A stretch of 64,000 nucleotides of DNA from an uncultured Candidatus Saccharibacteria bacterium (GTDB lineage: Bacteria; Patescibacteriota; Saccharimonadia; Saccharimonadales; Saccharimonadaceae). The DNA is taken from the NCBI GenBank assembly GCA_946408075.1, contig CAMJQQ010000001.1, positions 139,790-203,789 on the forward strand, given 5' to 3'. Within the stretch, counting starts at the first letter, position 1. Each line of letters opens with the position of its first letter. The notes under the pieces were generated by a model. It searched no databases. It worked only from the letters and a program-made list of their open reading frames with translations, and was not told where the DNA came from. Shown in pieces: positions 44,032-53,719 of the stretch. The position numbers and the translations under genes were made by a program.

Positions 44032-44994
44032 CTAGTTTGCAAGTTCCTGTTTGCTGAAGCGGGCTGCAGCATCGGACAAGTAGAAGCCGAGGGCGCCGCC
44101 GAGAACAGGGAAGATTACGTAAGTGACGAGCATTGGCCAGAGTGCGCTCATCAAGGCACCAAAGTTTTCGGCGCTGCTTGGGAAGAGGCCATACATGAGG
44201 CTAAGTGCTGGGTTGAGCGTGAACGAATTGCCGGCGTTGTAGAAGAAGCTCTGGTTGATCAAAACTGCAAAAGACATTGCAAGGAAGACACCAAAGGCGA
44301 CCGTGATTGCAAAAACGGCTGGTTTCTTCTTGTAGCTTAAAGCGCGTGCAAAGAAGAACGCAATGATGATGGCGCCGATAAATTCGACCATCGTGTAAGC
44401 CCAGAAGAAGCTGTAACCTTCGGTTTGAGCGGTTGCTTCTGCTGCGCCCTGAAGCGTTGGCAAAGCGGCAGTAGTAGCATCGATGTTGCCAGAAGCAACG
44501 CCTGCGCCATGGAAAGCGCTGACAATCATGAAGCCTGCCCATGCGCCGATAATCTGTGCGATGATGTAGAGCACGCCACGGATAGCAGAAATGCGGCGGG
44601 AAGCCATCATGCCTGCGGTGATTGCTGGATTCAAATGTGCGCCAGAGAGCTTAAAGACGGCAAGCGTAATGCCGACGTAAGCGAAAACCCAGTAAAGTGG
44701 ATTTGCGAGGCCAAGCGTGAAAGCGAGTGCGCTAATCAAGCCTGCGCCAATGATCTCGCCCAAGAGGGCGCCCAAAATCTTTGTGTCTTTGAAAATTGTT
44801 AAGATGTTTTCAGACCCATCAAACTTGCGCGCAAAAAATTGGCATTTTTTTGCACCCTTGCTGGACGTAGCCTTAATGGTTGTTACTTTTTTGGTCGTTT
44901 CGACAGTGCTGACAGTCTTTGCTTCAGAAGCTTTTACGCGCGTGACATTCTTCGCGCCAGACTTCTTGGCAACTTTGGCTTTTGTATTTGCCAT
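44032..44994 (-). CDS. MIP-family channel (aquaporin/glycerol facilitator-like) with a basic N-terminal extension
   Basis: Two NPA boxes are present (HLNPAITAG and LNPALSL). I chose the ATG at 44994 (MANTKAK...), which follows the SD GGAGGAGA; the track ORF starts at 45036. Confidence 0.8.
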   Translation of the reverse strand: MANTKAKVAKKSGAKNVTRVKASEAKTVSTVETTKKVTTIKATSSKGAKKCQFFARKFDGSENILTIFKDTKILGALLGEIIGAGLISALAFTLGLANPLYWVFAYVGITLAVFKLSGAHLNPAITAGMMASRRISAIRGVLYIIAQIIGAWAGFMIVSAFHGAGVASGNIDATTAALPTLQGAAEATAQTEGYSFFWAYTMVEFIGAIIIAFFFARALSYKKKPAVFAITVAFGVFLAMSFAVLINQSFFYNAGNSFTLNPALSLMYGLFPSSAENFGALMSALWPMLVTYVIFPVLGGALGFYLSDAAARFSKQELAN

Positions 44995-45079
44995 GTCTCC
45001 TCCGTTAATTAGAAATTTATACCTATAATATAGCACAATCTGTTACAATGAAGGAAGTTTAGATAAGAAAGGAGTGCGC

Positions 45080-45307
45080 GTGGGCGTATTAGTAAAAAAC
45101 GAAGAGGAAAAAACCAGTTTGCAGGAGCGCATCACGGCCGATTTGCGTGCGCGCGCGGCTGAATCTTCGAAGCAAGAAGATGTCGACCTCGTGAAGGACT
45201 CCGAATTTCTCAGCGGCACCCGCCCAACTACGCGCGGTTCTTGGTTCTGGGGCGTTCTCGCACTGCTCGCCCTCCTATCCCTTGTTGTGATTTTTGCTCT
45301 TAAGTAG
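45080..45307 (+). CDS. Small tail-anchored membrane protein (about 75 aa)
   Basis: I preferred the GTG at 45080 because it is spaced 5 nt from the AAAGGAG SD; the track start at 45074 overlaps the SD. It has a C-terminal TM helix (WFWGVLALLALLSLVVIFAL). Confidence 0.45.
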   Translation: MGVLVKNEEEKTSLQERITADLRARAAESSKQEDVDLVKDSEFLSGTRPTTRGSWFWGVLALLALLSLVVIFALK

Positions 45308-45323
45308 TAATATTATAGGTATT

Positions 45324-46301
45324 ATGTCAAGTGTTGAGGAGTCAAAAATCGCCTCATTGAAGGCGCAGCTTAAACAGCTGAATACCGAATACGCCAAAAT
45401 CAAGGACCTTCCGGCGGAGAAGCGTGCTGATTTTGGTAAAGAAATGAATCAAAAGAAACAGCAAATCATGGCCGAGATTGCCGCCGCCGAGGCAGCTGCT
45501 GCCGAAGCTGATGTCGAAGCGCTCGACATTACGGCGCCATGCGACCTAAACGGTGAAATGCCAGAATTTCTCACTGCCGATTTTGGTAGCCGCCACCCAC
45601 TCATGACCGAGCTCGATCGCGTTACTGCTATCTATCAGTCGATGGGTTTTGATATTGTAGAATCTCGCCAACTTGATGACGAGTATCATATGTTTGACAG
45701 CCTCAACTTTGCCAAAGCGCACCCTGCGCGCGATAATTTTGACACTTTCCGCACCGAGGAAGGCTTTATTCCTCCAGCTCACACTAGCACGATGCAAAAC
45801 CGCGTTCTCAAAGCCTACAAACACAAACTCGACGAAGGTCAGGCGATCGCCGTCGCAGTTCCGGGCCGCGTCTACCGTAACGAGGATCTCGACGCCACTC
45901 ACGAGCACACTTTCTATCAGTGCGAAGGCGTCTATGTTTCCGAAACTTGTACGCTCGGCAACATGCTTGGCATTCTCCGCGAATTCTTCGAGAAGTACTA
46001 CGGCCAAAAGCTCAATATCGCTACTCAGCCGGGCTACTTCCCATTCACCGAGCCATCCCTCGAGTTTAAGATTGAAAAGCCTGCCTGCATCGGCGGCAAG
46101 AAGGGTGATTTTCTCGAAATGCTCGGCTGTGGCATGATTCATCCGAACGTTCTAAAGATGGCTGGCATCGACCCGACTAAGTATCACGGCTTTGCTTGGG
46201 GCGGCGGTATTGATCGTCTCGTCATGCTCCGCTATCAGCTAGACGACGTCCGCCATTTCGAAGCGGCCAAACTTGATTTCTTGAAGGAGTTCTCATGCTA
46301 A
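45324..46301 (+). CDS. pheS: Phenylalanyl-tRNA synthetase alpha subunit
   Basis: The class II core is present (HPARD, FRxE-like, GFAWGGGIDRL). I chose the ATG at 45324 because a TATTAT -10 lies 7 nt upstream. Confidence 0.9.
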   Translation: MSSVEESKIASLKAQLKQLNTEYAKIKDLPAEKRADFGKEMNQKKQQIMAEIAAAEAAAAEADVEALDITAPCDLNGEMPEFLTADFGSRHPLMTELDRVTAIYQSMGFDIVESRQLDDEYHMFDSLNFAKAHPARDNFDTFRTEEGFIPPAHTSTMQNRVLKAYKHKLDEGQAIAVAVPGRVYRNEDLDATHEHTFYQCEGVYVSETCTLGNMLGILREFFEKYYGQKLNIATQPGYFPFTEPSLEFKIEKPACIGGKKGDFLEMLGCGMIHPNVLKMAGIDPTKYHGFAWGGGIDRLVMLRYQLDDVRHFEAAKLDFLKEFSC

Positions 46302-48727
46302 TTTCGCTTAACTGGATTAAAAAATATGTCGATATCGACATCGAAAACGATAAGCTCGTCGAACTTATCGGCGCTCGCCTCGTTGAGGTAGAGGAAGCTA
46401 TCGACCAAACACATAAGTATGACAATATTTTTGCCGTCGAGGTTAAATATTGCGAAGCTATCGAAGGTACACATCTCCATCTCTGCAAAATCGACGACGG
46501 CGGCAAGGCTAAGGATGTTGAGCGCGACGAGAATGGCTATGTTCAGGTTATGTGTGGTGCGCCAAACGTTCATGAAGGCATGTTTGCAGCTTGGATCGCT
46601 CCGGGCGCCATCGTTCCGCAGACTTACCGTGATGATGAGCCTTTCGTAATCGGCATGCGCAAAATGCTCAAGAAATATGATTCTTATGGCATGATGGCTG
46701 GCGCCGACGAGCTCGATCTCGGCGACGATCACTCTGGTATTGTTGAGCTCAATCCGGAAGGTATTAAGCCGGGCGACGATTTTGCTAAACTTTTCGAACT
46801 TGACGACATTATTCTCGACATTGAAAACAAATCTCTCACGCACCGCCCAGATACCTTTGGTATTATTGGTTTTGCGCGTGAAGTCGCAGGCATTCTCGAC
46901 AAGCCTTTCAAGACTCCGGAATGGCTCGATTTGGCCAATACGACTGCCAAAAATGACAAAGCTACGAAGCTCGACATCGAAATCGCCGACCAGACTCTTT
47001 GCCCGCGCTACACTGCGCTCGTTCTCGATATGAATTCCGAGAGTAAAAAGCAGTATCTCTCTTTGCAAGACACGCTTTTGGCTCGTTCCGGCATGCGCCC
47101 AATCGACCCAATTGTCGACGCGACGAACTATCTCATGCTTTTGACCGGCCAGCCGCTTCATGCCTTTGATTACGATAAATTCACTGAAGTTGGTGGCGCC
47201 AAAACGCCAAAAATCATCGTTCGCGCCGCAAAGAAGGGCGAAAAACTCGAACTTCTCGACGGCAAAGAAATTGAACTCATCGAAAGCGATATCGTTATCA
47301 CAAGCAATGACAAACCTGTCGCGCTCGCCGGTGCCATGGGTGGCAAAAACACCGAAATTGACGCTAATACCAAGCGTGTAATTCTCGAATCTGCCACCTT
47401 CAGTCTCTTCAATCTCCGCAAGACGCAGATGTCCCACGGCATTTTCTCCGAGGCTATCACTCGCTTCACGAAGGGTCAGCCAGCCGGTCAAACCCTCCCA
47501 GTTGCGCTTGAATTTGCTAAAATGCTTGCTAACTTCGAACTCGTCGCTACCTTCGATGAATATCCAGGCGGCTACGAACCGGAGCGGGTCACGGTTTCTC
47601 TCGACCGCATCAACAATCTCCTCGGCACCAACTATTCTGCCGCAAAGATCGAGAAAACTCTCCAGAATGTCGAATTTGCCACCAAACTTACGAAAGACGA
47701 AATTACTGTCACGGTTCCGTACTGGCGCACCGATATTCATATTCCGGAAGACGTCATCGAGGAAGTCGGTCGCTTGAACGGCTTCGACAATATCGCTCCA
47801 GTTCTCCCGCTCCACGCTACCTCTGACCCAAACAAGATGCTTCAGCTCAAGACTCGCATCCGCAACAACCTCAGCGCGCGCGGTGCTAACGAAGTGCTCA
47901 CTTACTCCTTCGTCCACGGTGACCTTATGCAAAAAGTCGGTCAGGATCCAAAGAATGCCTACCGCATCGTCAACTCGATTTCGCCAGATTTGCAGTACAT
48001 CCGCCAAAGCATCCTTCCATCTCTTCTCGACAAGAGTTATGGTAACCTCCGCGCCGGCTACGAAAAGTTCGCACTCTTCGAAATGAATCAGGTCTACACT
48101 CGTACGGCCGATGTTGACGAGGATGGTGTTCCGAATACTAACTACCAGCTCGCCTTCTTGTTTGTCGACCAAAAATCGAGCAGTAACTACTATCTCGCGA
48201 AGAAATATCTCGCCCAGCTTCTCGAAGCTTTCGGCATTGCTTTCCGTCTCGAGCCATTCAAGGCTACCAAGGATGCGCAATTTGCCTACTACGAGCCAAA
48301 GCGCTCCGCTAGCATCTATGCTGGCGACCAGTGCATTGGCCATCTCGGCGAGGTGAAAGCTTCCGTCTCGCGTGGCTTCAAGCTTCCGCAGAGTACTGCC
48401 GGCTTTGAATTGAGCCTCGACAGCCTCGTTGCGCTCGCTCAAGATGTCCAGCTCAAGGATCGCCGCATTAGCCAGTATCCGTCCGTCTCGCGCGACATTA
48501 CGCTTGAACTCCCGCTTGACCGCAATTATGCCGAAATTGAGCAGTCGCTCCGTCAAATTCTCGCTGACGCCGGCCTCATCTACAAGCTCGTCCCGACTTC
48601 GATTTATCGCCCAGACGGCGCCGATGCCAAGAAACTCAGCTTCCATATCGACTTCGCTCATCCAGATAAGACCATGACGAAAGCCGAGATTCAAGCTATA
48701 ATGGAAAAGTTAGAACAGACAAAATAA
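46295..48727 (+). CDS. pheT: Phenylalanyl-tRNA synthetase beta subunit
   Basis: MLISLNWIKKYV start. The tRNA-binding, B3/4, B5 and FDX-ACB layout is present. It overlaps pheS by 7 nt. Confidence 0.9.
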   Translation: MLISLNWIKKYVDIDIENDKLVELIGARLVEVEEAIDQTHKYDNIFAVEVKYCEAIEGTHLHLCKIDDGGKAKDVERDENGYVQVMCGAPNVHEGMFAAWIAPGAIVPQTYRDDEPFVIGMRKMLKKYDSYGMMAGADELDLGDDHSGIVELNPEGIKPGDDFAKLFELDDIILDIENKSLTHRPDTFGIIGFAREVAGILDKPFKTPEWLDLANTTAKNDKATKLDIEIADQTLCPRYTALVLDMNSESKKQYLSLQDTLLARSGMRPIDPIVDATNYLMLLTGQPLHAFDYDKFTEVGGAKTPKIIVRAAKKGEKLELLDGKEIELIESDIVITSNDKPVALAGAMGGKNTEIDANTKRVILESATFSLFNLRKTQMSHGIFSEAITRFTKGQPAGQTLPVALEFAKMLANFELVATFDEYPGGYEPERVTVSLDRINNLLGTNYSAAKIEKTLQNVEFATKLTKDEITVTVPYWRTDIHIPEDVIEEVGRLNGFDNIAPVLPLHATSDPNKMLQLKTRIRNNLSARGANEVLTYSFVHGDLMQKVGQDPKNAYRIVNSISPDLQYIRQSILPSLLDKSYGNLRAGYEKFALFEMNQVYTRTADVDEDGVPNTNYQLAFLFVDQKSSSNYYLAKKYLAQLLEAFGIAFRLEPFKATKDAQFAYYEPKRSASIYAGDQCIGHLGEVKASVSRGFKLPQSTAGFELSLDSLVALAQDVQLKDRRISQYPSVSRDITLELPLDRNYAEIEQSLRQILADAGLIYKLVPTSIYRPDGADAKKLSFHIDFAHPDKTMTKAEIQAIMEKLEQTK

Positions 48728-48746
48728 ACGGTGGGAACGGAGGTAT

Positions 48747-49442
48747 ATGATTAAGAACGAAGATAAAAAGACGACCACTGCGCAACGCGTCGGTATTCTT
48801 GGCATTGCTATCTTTATGCTTGGCGCAACCTTTGCGCTTTATGCGGGAATTGTGATTAACTACGACAGCAATGCAGCTAAAAGCGCCGAAAAGCAAGCTC
48901 TCGAACAGCGCTTGCAAGAAGTTTACTCCAAGTATTCAGCCGAAAGCGCCGCTCAGGCCAAAGAGCTCTCCGCGCAGCATTTCGACCAATTCGTTAGCTA
49001 TAAGAGTCGCGTCACGGGTTTCAATGGCGCAGATGTCAACGAGCTCATCAAGACCGACCTTGTCGAAGGTGACGGTGCTGAAGTTAATGATTTGAACTAT
49101 ACTGACTACGCCGCCTACTATGTCGGCTGGCTCCAAGATGGCACTATCTTCGATTCTTCCTTCAATGACAACGTTAATCCTACCGAGCTCAAGGCTCCAC
49201 TTGCCGGTTCGACTGGCATGATTCAGGGCTGGCTCGAGGGCATTCAAGGTATGAAGATTGGCGGCATTCGCGAACTTTCCATTCCATCTACGCTCGCTTA
49301 TGGTCCTGATGGCACTGGCGACATTCCGGCCGACGCACCACTCAAGTTTATCATTAAGCTCATTCCAACCCCAGAAACCACCCCAAGCGGCGAAGAAATG
49401 CTCAAGCTTTACGAGCAACTCTACGGCAACGTTGAAGAATAA
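48747..49442 (+). CDS. FKBP-type peptidyl-prolyl isomerase, membrane-anchored
   Basis: N-terminal TM helix. The FKBP block is GWLEGIQGMKIGGIRELSIPSTLAYG. Confidence 0.85.
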   Translation: MIKNEDKKTTTAQRVGILGIAIFMLGATFALYAGIVINYDSNAAKSAEKQALEQRLQEVYSKYSAESAAQAKELSAQHFDQFVSYKSRVTGFNGADVNELIKTDLVEGDGAEVNDLNYTDYAAYYVGWLQDGTIFDSSFNDNVNPTELKAPLAGSTGMIQGWLEGIQGMKIGGIRELSIPSTLAYGPDGTGDIPADAPLKFIIKLIPTPETTPSGEEMLKLYEQLYGNVEE

Positions 49443-49455
49443 TCCGTTACAAAAA

Positions 49456-49486
49456 GTCAATAACCGTAAGCGCTATTGACTTTTTT
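49456..49486 (+). terminator. Intrinsic terminator
   Basis: GTCAATA-N11-TATTGAC followed by a T6 run. Confidence 0.65.
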
Positions 49487-49504
49487 GATGCCATGTGATA
49501 TAAT
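49476..49504 (+). promoter_or_regulatory. Consensus promoter (TTGACT - 17 bp - TGaTATAAT)
   Basis: -35 at 49476-49481 lies inside the terminator's 3' arm. -10 is at 49499-49504. The predicted TSS falls on the A of ATG-GTG-TAG at 49511. Confidence 0.65.
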
Positions 49505-49673
49505 ATAGACATGGTGTAGTCTTATGCCTACGCTACGCATTTTTCAAGATTTTTGCAGTAGAATTCTCTCCTGCGAAGTCTGCATTCTTGCTCGTCGCTC
49601 GCGATTGGCAGCAATGCAGGCTTCGCCCGCATACGAATATATGTGTAAAACAAAAAGAAAAGGAGAGATCACT

Positions 49674-50441
49674 ATGGGACAGTTCAATCACACGGTAAAT
49701 ATCGCAATCGCAGGCAAAGTTTTCGCCTGTGCCGCCCTCACCTTGGTACTTGCTATCTTCTATGGCATTGTTGCTACGAGAATTGTGGCAGGATACCACG
49801 AAGTTCGCCACTGTGGCAACCTTCAGCCCAAGCTTAATAAAATAGAAAAGATTAAGCATTGGTCGCAGTACCGCAAGGCTGGCGAAGGTCGTTATGCGAT
49901 CTTGTTCAGCAGCACTACTACCGACGGCGCCATGGCGATCTTTTGTGCGCTTCAGATGATGTTTGCCGTAATCAAATACCACTGGTTTGGTATTTACCAG
50001 ACGGCCATGAACATCGATGGCTCGGCTGCGGCAGACATGAATGGCTTCATTCTGGCCGCTATCGCTATTATGACCGGAACGGCATGCTATGCATACATAA
50101 TGTATAACGTTATCCAGTTCACGGCATTTGCTCGCGCCATCAGTCTGTCTGAAAAAGTTCGCTCGACCGGTGAATATCCGCACTACGCACAGCGCAGATC
50201 GCTTGCCTTCTTTATCGAATGCCTTAAGGCGGACGAAATTAGAACCCAGGCTGTCAAAGCGCCGCGTCCTGCCGGAGAACGTCGCAAGCGCACTTATACG
50301 GTTGCTGGCATGCTCAATGATAGCGCAGAAGCTCGCAAAGCGCGTCACGATGCCTCTATGAAAGGCTATTATCGCACAAACCCGCCTAAGGCAGATGCTT
50401 CGAAGCATCGCAATATCACAATGAGCAGCAGAGCGTCCTAA
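49674..50441 (+). CDS. Four-TM membrane protein with a basic C-terminal tail (255 aa), unknown function
   Basis: I preferred the ATG at 49674 because the AGGAG SD lies 8 nt upstream. The in-frame alternative start at 49524 (track ORF) cannot be excluded. Confidence 0.55.
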   Translation: MGQFNHTVNIAIAGKVFACAALTLVLAIFYGIVATRIVAGYHEVRHCGNLQPKLNKIEKIKHWSQYRKAGEGRYAILFSSTTTDGAMAIFCALQMMFAVIKYHWFGIYQTAMNIDGSAAADMNGFILAAIAIMTGTACYAYIMYNVIQFTAFARAISLSEKVRSTGEYPHYAQRRSLAFFIECLKADEIRTQAVKAPRPAGERRKRTYTVAGMLNDSAEARKARHDASMKGYYRTNPPKADASKHRNITMSSRAS

Positions 50442-50459
50442 CTACTAGCAAAATCTCTC

Positions 50460-50490
50460 AGCCCCGCCTCGTGCGGGGCTTTTCCTTTTT
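50460..50490 (+). terminator. Intrinsic terminator
   Basis: AGCCCCGC-ctcgt-GCGGGGCT followed by TTTCCTTTTT. Confidence 0.75.
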
Positions 50491-50512
50491 CTAAATATGA
50501 TAAGATGGACTC

Positions 50513-51862
50513 ATGGAGCAGACTTTTTTCTTTTATGACCTTGAGACTTCCGGCCTCAATCCGCGCGAAGATCGCCTCATGCAATTCGCCGGCCAACGTA
50601 CTGATATGGACCTAAATCCGATTGGCGACCCAGTCAATCTGCTCGTAAAACTTTCCGAGGATACTCTCCCGAGCCCGCAGGCCATCATGGTGACCAAGAT
50701 TACGCCGCAGTCCACCTTGCTCGACGGTCTGACCGAGGCGGAATTCTGCAAATACGTTGACGAGGAGATTTTTACTCCAGGGACGATTGCGACCGGCTAC
50801 AATTCCGTCCGCTTTGACGATGAATTTATGCGCCATACTTTTTGGCGTAATTTTTATGACCCCTACGAATGGCAATGGAAGGATGGTCGCAGTCGCTGGG
50901 ATTTGCTCGATGTTGTGCGCATTACGCGCGCTCTGCGCCCAGAGGGTATTAATTGGCCAGTTACGCCGGAAGGCAAGGCTACGAACCGCCTCGAGCTCAT
51001 CACGAAAGAGAATAACATTTCGCATGAACATGCTCACGATGCGCTTTCTGATGTCGAGGCCCTTATTTCCGTCACTCGCCTCATCAAAGAAAAACAGCCG
51101 AAACTTTACGAATATCTCCTTTCGATTCGCGATAAAAAGGCCGTCCAGAAGCTCGTCAATCTCGATAAGCCGAACGCTTTTGTCTATGCTTGCGGCGAGT
51201 ATTCGCCAGAATGCGGTAAAACCTCGGTCGTCTATCCGTTAGCACCTATCCAGGGCGGCGTACTGGTCTTTGATTTGCGTCGCAATCTCGAGGAATTGCT
51301 TGCTGAAGAAGAGCCGAAATATTTCCCAGTCGTCAAAGAGCTGAAATATAATCAGTGCCCAGCCGTGTCGCCACTCGGCGTCCTAGAGCAGGGCGATGGC
51401 TGGCAGAAAATTAAGCTCGACAAAGCTACTGTCGAAAACAACCTTCGCATTTTGCGCAAACATCCAGATTTTGCCGAGCGCATGCGCGAACGCTACGAAT
51501 CTAAGCCGGAATATCCGCCGGCCGTTGATTCGGAATCGGCGCTCTATGATGGTTTTCTTGGCCAGCCAGATCGCACGAAATGTCTTGCGGTGCGTCGCGC
51601 CGGCTTGAACGATTTGGCGGACTTTCATCCAGATTTTCAGGATCCGCGCTTGCCGGATTTGCTCTTGCATTACAAAGCGCGCAATTTCGAGAAAGCTTTG
51701 AGTGAGTCGGAGCGCGCCAAGTGGGAAAAGTATCGCCTCGAACGCATTAAATCTCGCCAAAACAGCTACATTAAGGCCATTCAGGACCTCGCTCTGGAGG
51801 GTAAAGATCCTTATCTGCTCGAAGAACTGCAACTTTGGTATCAATCGCTCCTACCATACTAG
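50513..51862 (+). CDS. sbcB: Exodeoxyribonuclease I
   Basis: FFFYDLETSGLNP (Exo I motif), HDALSDV (Exo III motif), and a length and C-terminal layout typical of ExoI. TGATAAGAT lies 6 nt upstream of the ATG. Confidence 0.8.
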   Translation: MEQTFFFYDLETSGLNPREDRLMQFAGQRTDMDLNPIGDPVNLLVKLSEDTLPSPQAIMVTKITPQSTLLDGLTEAEFCKYVDEEIFTPGTIATGYNSVRFDDEFMRHTFWRNFYDPYEWQWKDGRSRWDLLDVVRITRALRPEGINWPVTPEGKATNRLELITKENNISHEHAHDALSDVEALISVTRLIKEKQPKLYEYLLSIRDKKAVQKLVNLDKPNAFVYACGEYSPECGKTSVVYPLAPIQGGVLVFDLRRNLEELLAEEEPKYFPVVKELKYNQCPAVSPLGVLEQGDGWQKIKLDKATVENNLRILRKHPDFAERMRERYESKPEYPPAVDSESALYDGFLGQPDRTKCLAVRRAGLNDLADFHPDFQDPRLPDLLLHYKARNFEKALSESERAKWEKYRLERIKSRQNSYIKAIQDLALEGKDPYLLEELQLWYQSLLPY

Positions 51863-51916
51863 AGGTCGTCATCTTATATTTTTCCCAAAACGCTTTAAGC
51901 TCGCTATAATGGTCTT

Positions 51917-53719
51917 ATGGAATGGCTTGTTGGGCTTAATTCGTTTCGTCTTCTGGCCATTATTTTGATTGTCATTTATCACCTTTTTCGCGATGTGATG
52001 CCAGGCGGTTTTGTGGCGGTCGAAATCTTTTTCGTCCTGTCCGGTTTCTTGATTGTTTCGAAGTTGCTGACTGAATACAAGCGCGATGCGCAAATCGCCT
52101 ACTTGCGCTTTCTTGTCCGTCGTCTGCGGCGCATTTTTCCGCTCCTTTTTTCTTGCGTGGTCGTGAGCTTGATATTGGCTTTCTGGATTCAGCCGGAACT
52201 CATCGCGAATATTGGCGCCAATACTGCAACGGCGCTCACTTTTACGACTAACATTTCGGAGTTGTTTTCTGGCGGTAGCTACGAAAACACTTTCATGCCA
52301 AATCTGTTTGAGCATACTTGGTTTCTTGCGCTCGAATTGCAACTATATCTCGTTGCGCCACTGATTGTAATGTTTGTGTTACGCATCTTCGGTACGCGCC
52401 GACGCGGCATTCTTGCCCTCATGAATACTTTCCTGATTTTGGACGGCATTTCGATGATTCTAATGATGCTATACGGTGGCGCTATGGGCTATGCGGATCG
52501 CGCCTATTTTGCGCCAGATACGCACATTTTTCCGTTCTGCATTGGTGCTGCGATGGCTTGCTACTTACAGCTGAGCTACATTCCGCGCCGTGTTTCGCGC
52601 ACTCGCTCGGTGATTGCAATCGCAATTAGTCTAATTTTAATTATTTGGTTTGCACGCCATACGGATTTTGCTAGCTCTAGTACTTTCATTTTCGCCTTGC
52701 CACTCGTGTCGGCCCTCAGCGCGATTGTCTGTCTGCTCGCTATTGAGTTGCAAGGCAATCATTACAACAAGAAAATCATGCGCAAGATTTTTGCCTTGCC
52801 AGACAAAATCGGTAGCTATTCTTTTGGTGTCTATCTCTTCCATTGGCCGCTTTTGGTGGCTTTTTCGAGCATTTTTACGATTAGTCGGGGGCACCTTGCG
52901 ATTATTTGTATTTCGGCGAGTGTTTTGCTGGCCTATTTTGTGCCGCTCCTTTTGAAATACCTTGTCACGCGACCGCGCTTGGCGATTGCAGTTGCGGCTC
53001 TCGCGATTATTCCTTGCGGTATTTTGATTGCGCGTACGCCGAGCCAATCCGTGATTGCCGAATCCTTTACTCATGAAGAATCAGAGGAGGGCATTACGAC
53101 TCCGAAAACTCAGCCGGATTACATTGGCTATCGCAGTTTCATGCAAACGGCCGAACGCGTTATTTTGCGCGAATATGAGCTATCGAGTAGCGCAATGTCG
53201 TCGCCAAATCGCAGCTATACGGCCGCTGAATCGCCTAGCTCGGCGCAAGTCTTGGTAATCGGCGATTCCGTGACGCTTGGCGCAAAGGAAGCCATCGAGT
53301 CGACTATTCCGCATTCTTTCGTCGATGCGAAGGAATCGCGCGGCATTGAATCGGCGGCTTCGATTCTGGCTGAATATGCCATGCAGGGCGATTTGCCGCA
53401 CGTTATCGTGATTAGCCTTGCGACCAATGAGCGCACGTTTACAGATAGTCTCATGCAAGGCATTATTGACATTGCTGGCGAAGATAAATGCTATGTTTTT
53501 GTCACTGGCTATGCTGGTTCAAAGCAGCCGCGCGAAACGCAGAATGAAGCAATCAAAAACTTCGCTAATAGTCATGCGAACGTCTATGTTGTCGACTGGT
53601 GGGCGGTCGCGCACGACAACTGGTCGCTCATGTATGCCGACCATATTCACCTTAATCCCGACGGCCGTCTCGCCTATGCCGATTTACTCTATAGTGTAAC
53701 GCGGAGACTTGCGAAATGA
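51917..53719 (+). CDS. OatA-like acyltransferase-3 domain fused to an SGNH hydrolase domain
   Basis: The polytopic N-terminal domain (LNSFRLLAIILIVIYHLF) is followed by a C-terminal GDSVTLG block and DHIHLNPDG (SGNH blocks I and V). Confidence 0.8.
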   Translation: MEWLVGLNSFRLLAIILIVIYHLFRDVMPGGFVAVEIFFVLSGFLIVSKLLTEYKRDAQIAYLRFLVRRLRRIFPLLFSCVVVSLILAFWIQPELIANIGANTATALTFTTNISELFSGGSYENTFMPNLFEHTWFLALELQLYLVAPLIVMFVLRIFGTRRRGILALMNTFLILDGISMILMMLYGGAMGYADRAYFAPDTHIFPFCIGAAMACYLQLSYIPRRVSRTRSVIAIAISLILIIWFARHTDFASSSTFIFALPLVSALSAIVCLLAIELQGNHYNKKIMRKIFALPDKIGSYSFGVYLFHWPLLVAFSSIFTISRGHLAIICISASVLLAYFVPLLLKYLVTRPRLAIAVAALAIIPCGILIARTPSQSVIAESFTHEESEEGITTPKTQPDYIGYRSFMQTAERVILREYELSSSAMSSPNRSYTAAESPSSAQVLVIGDSVTLGAKEAIESTIPHSFVDAKESRGIESAASILAEYAMQGDLPHVIVISLATNERTFTDSLMQGIIDIAGEDKCYVFVTGYAGSKQPRETQNEAIKNFANSHANVYVVDWWAVAHDNWSLMYADHIHLNPDGRLAYADLLYSVTRRLAK

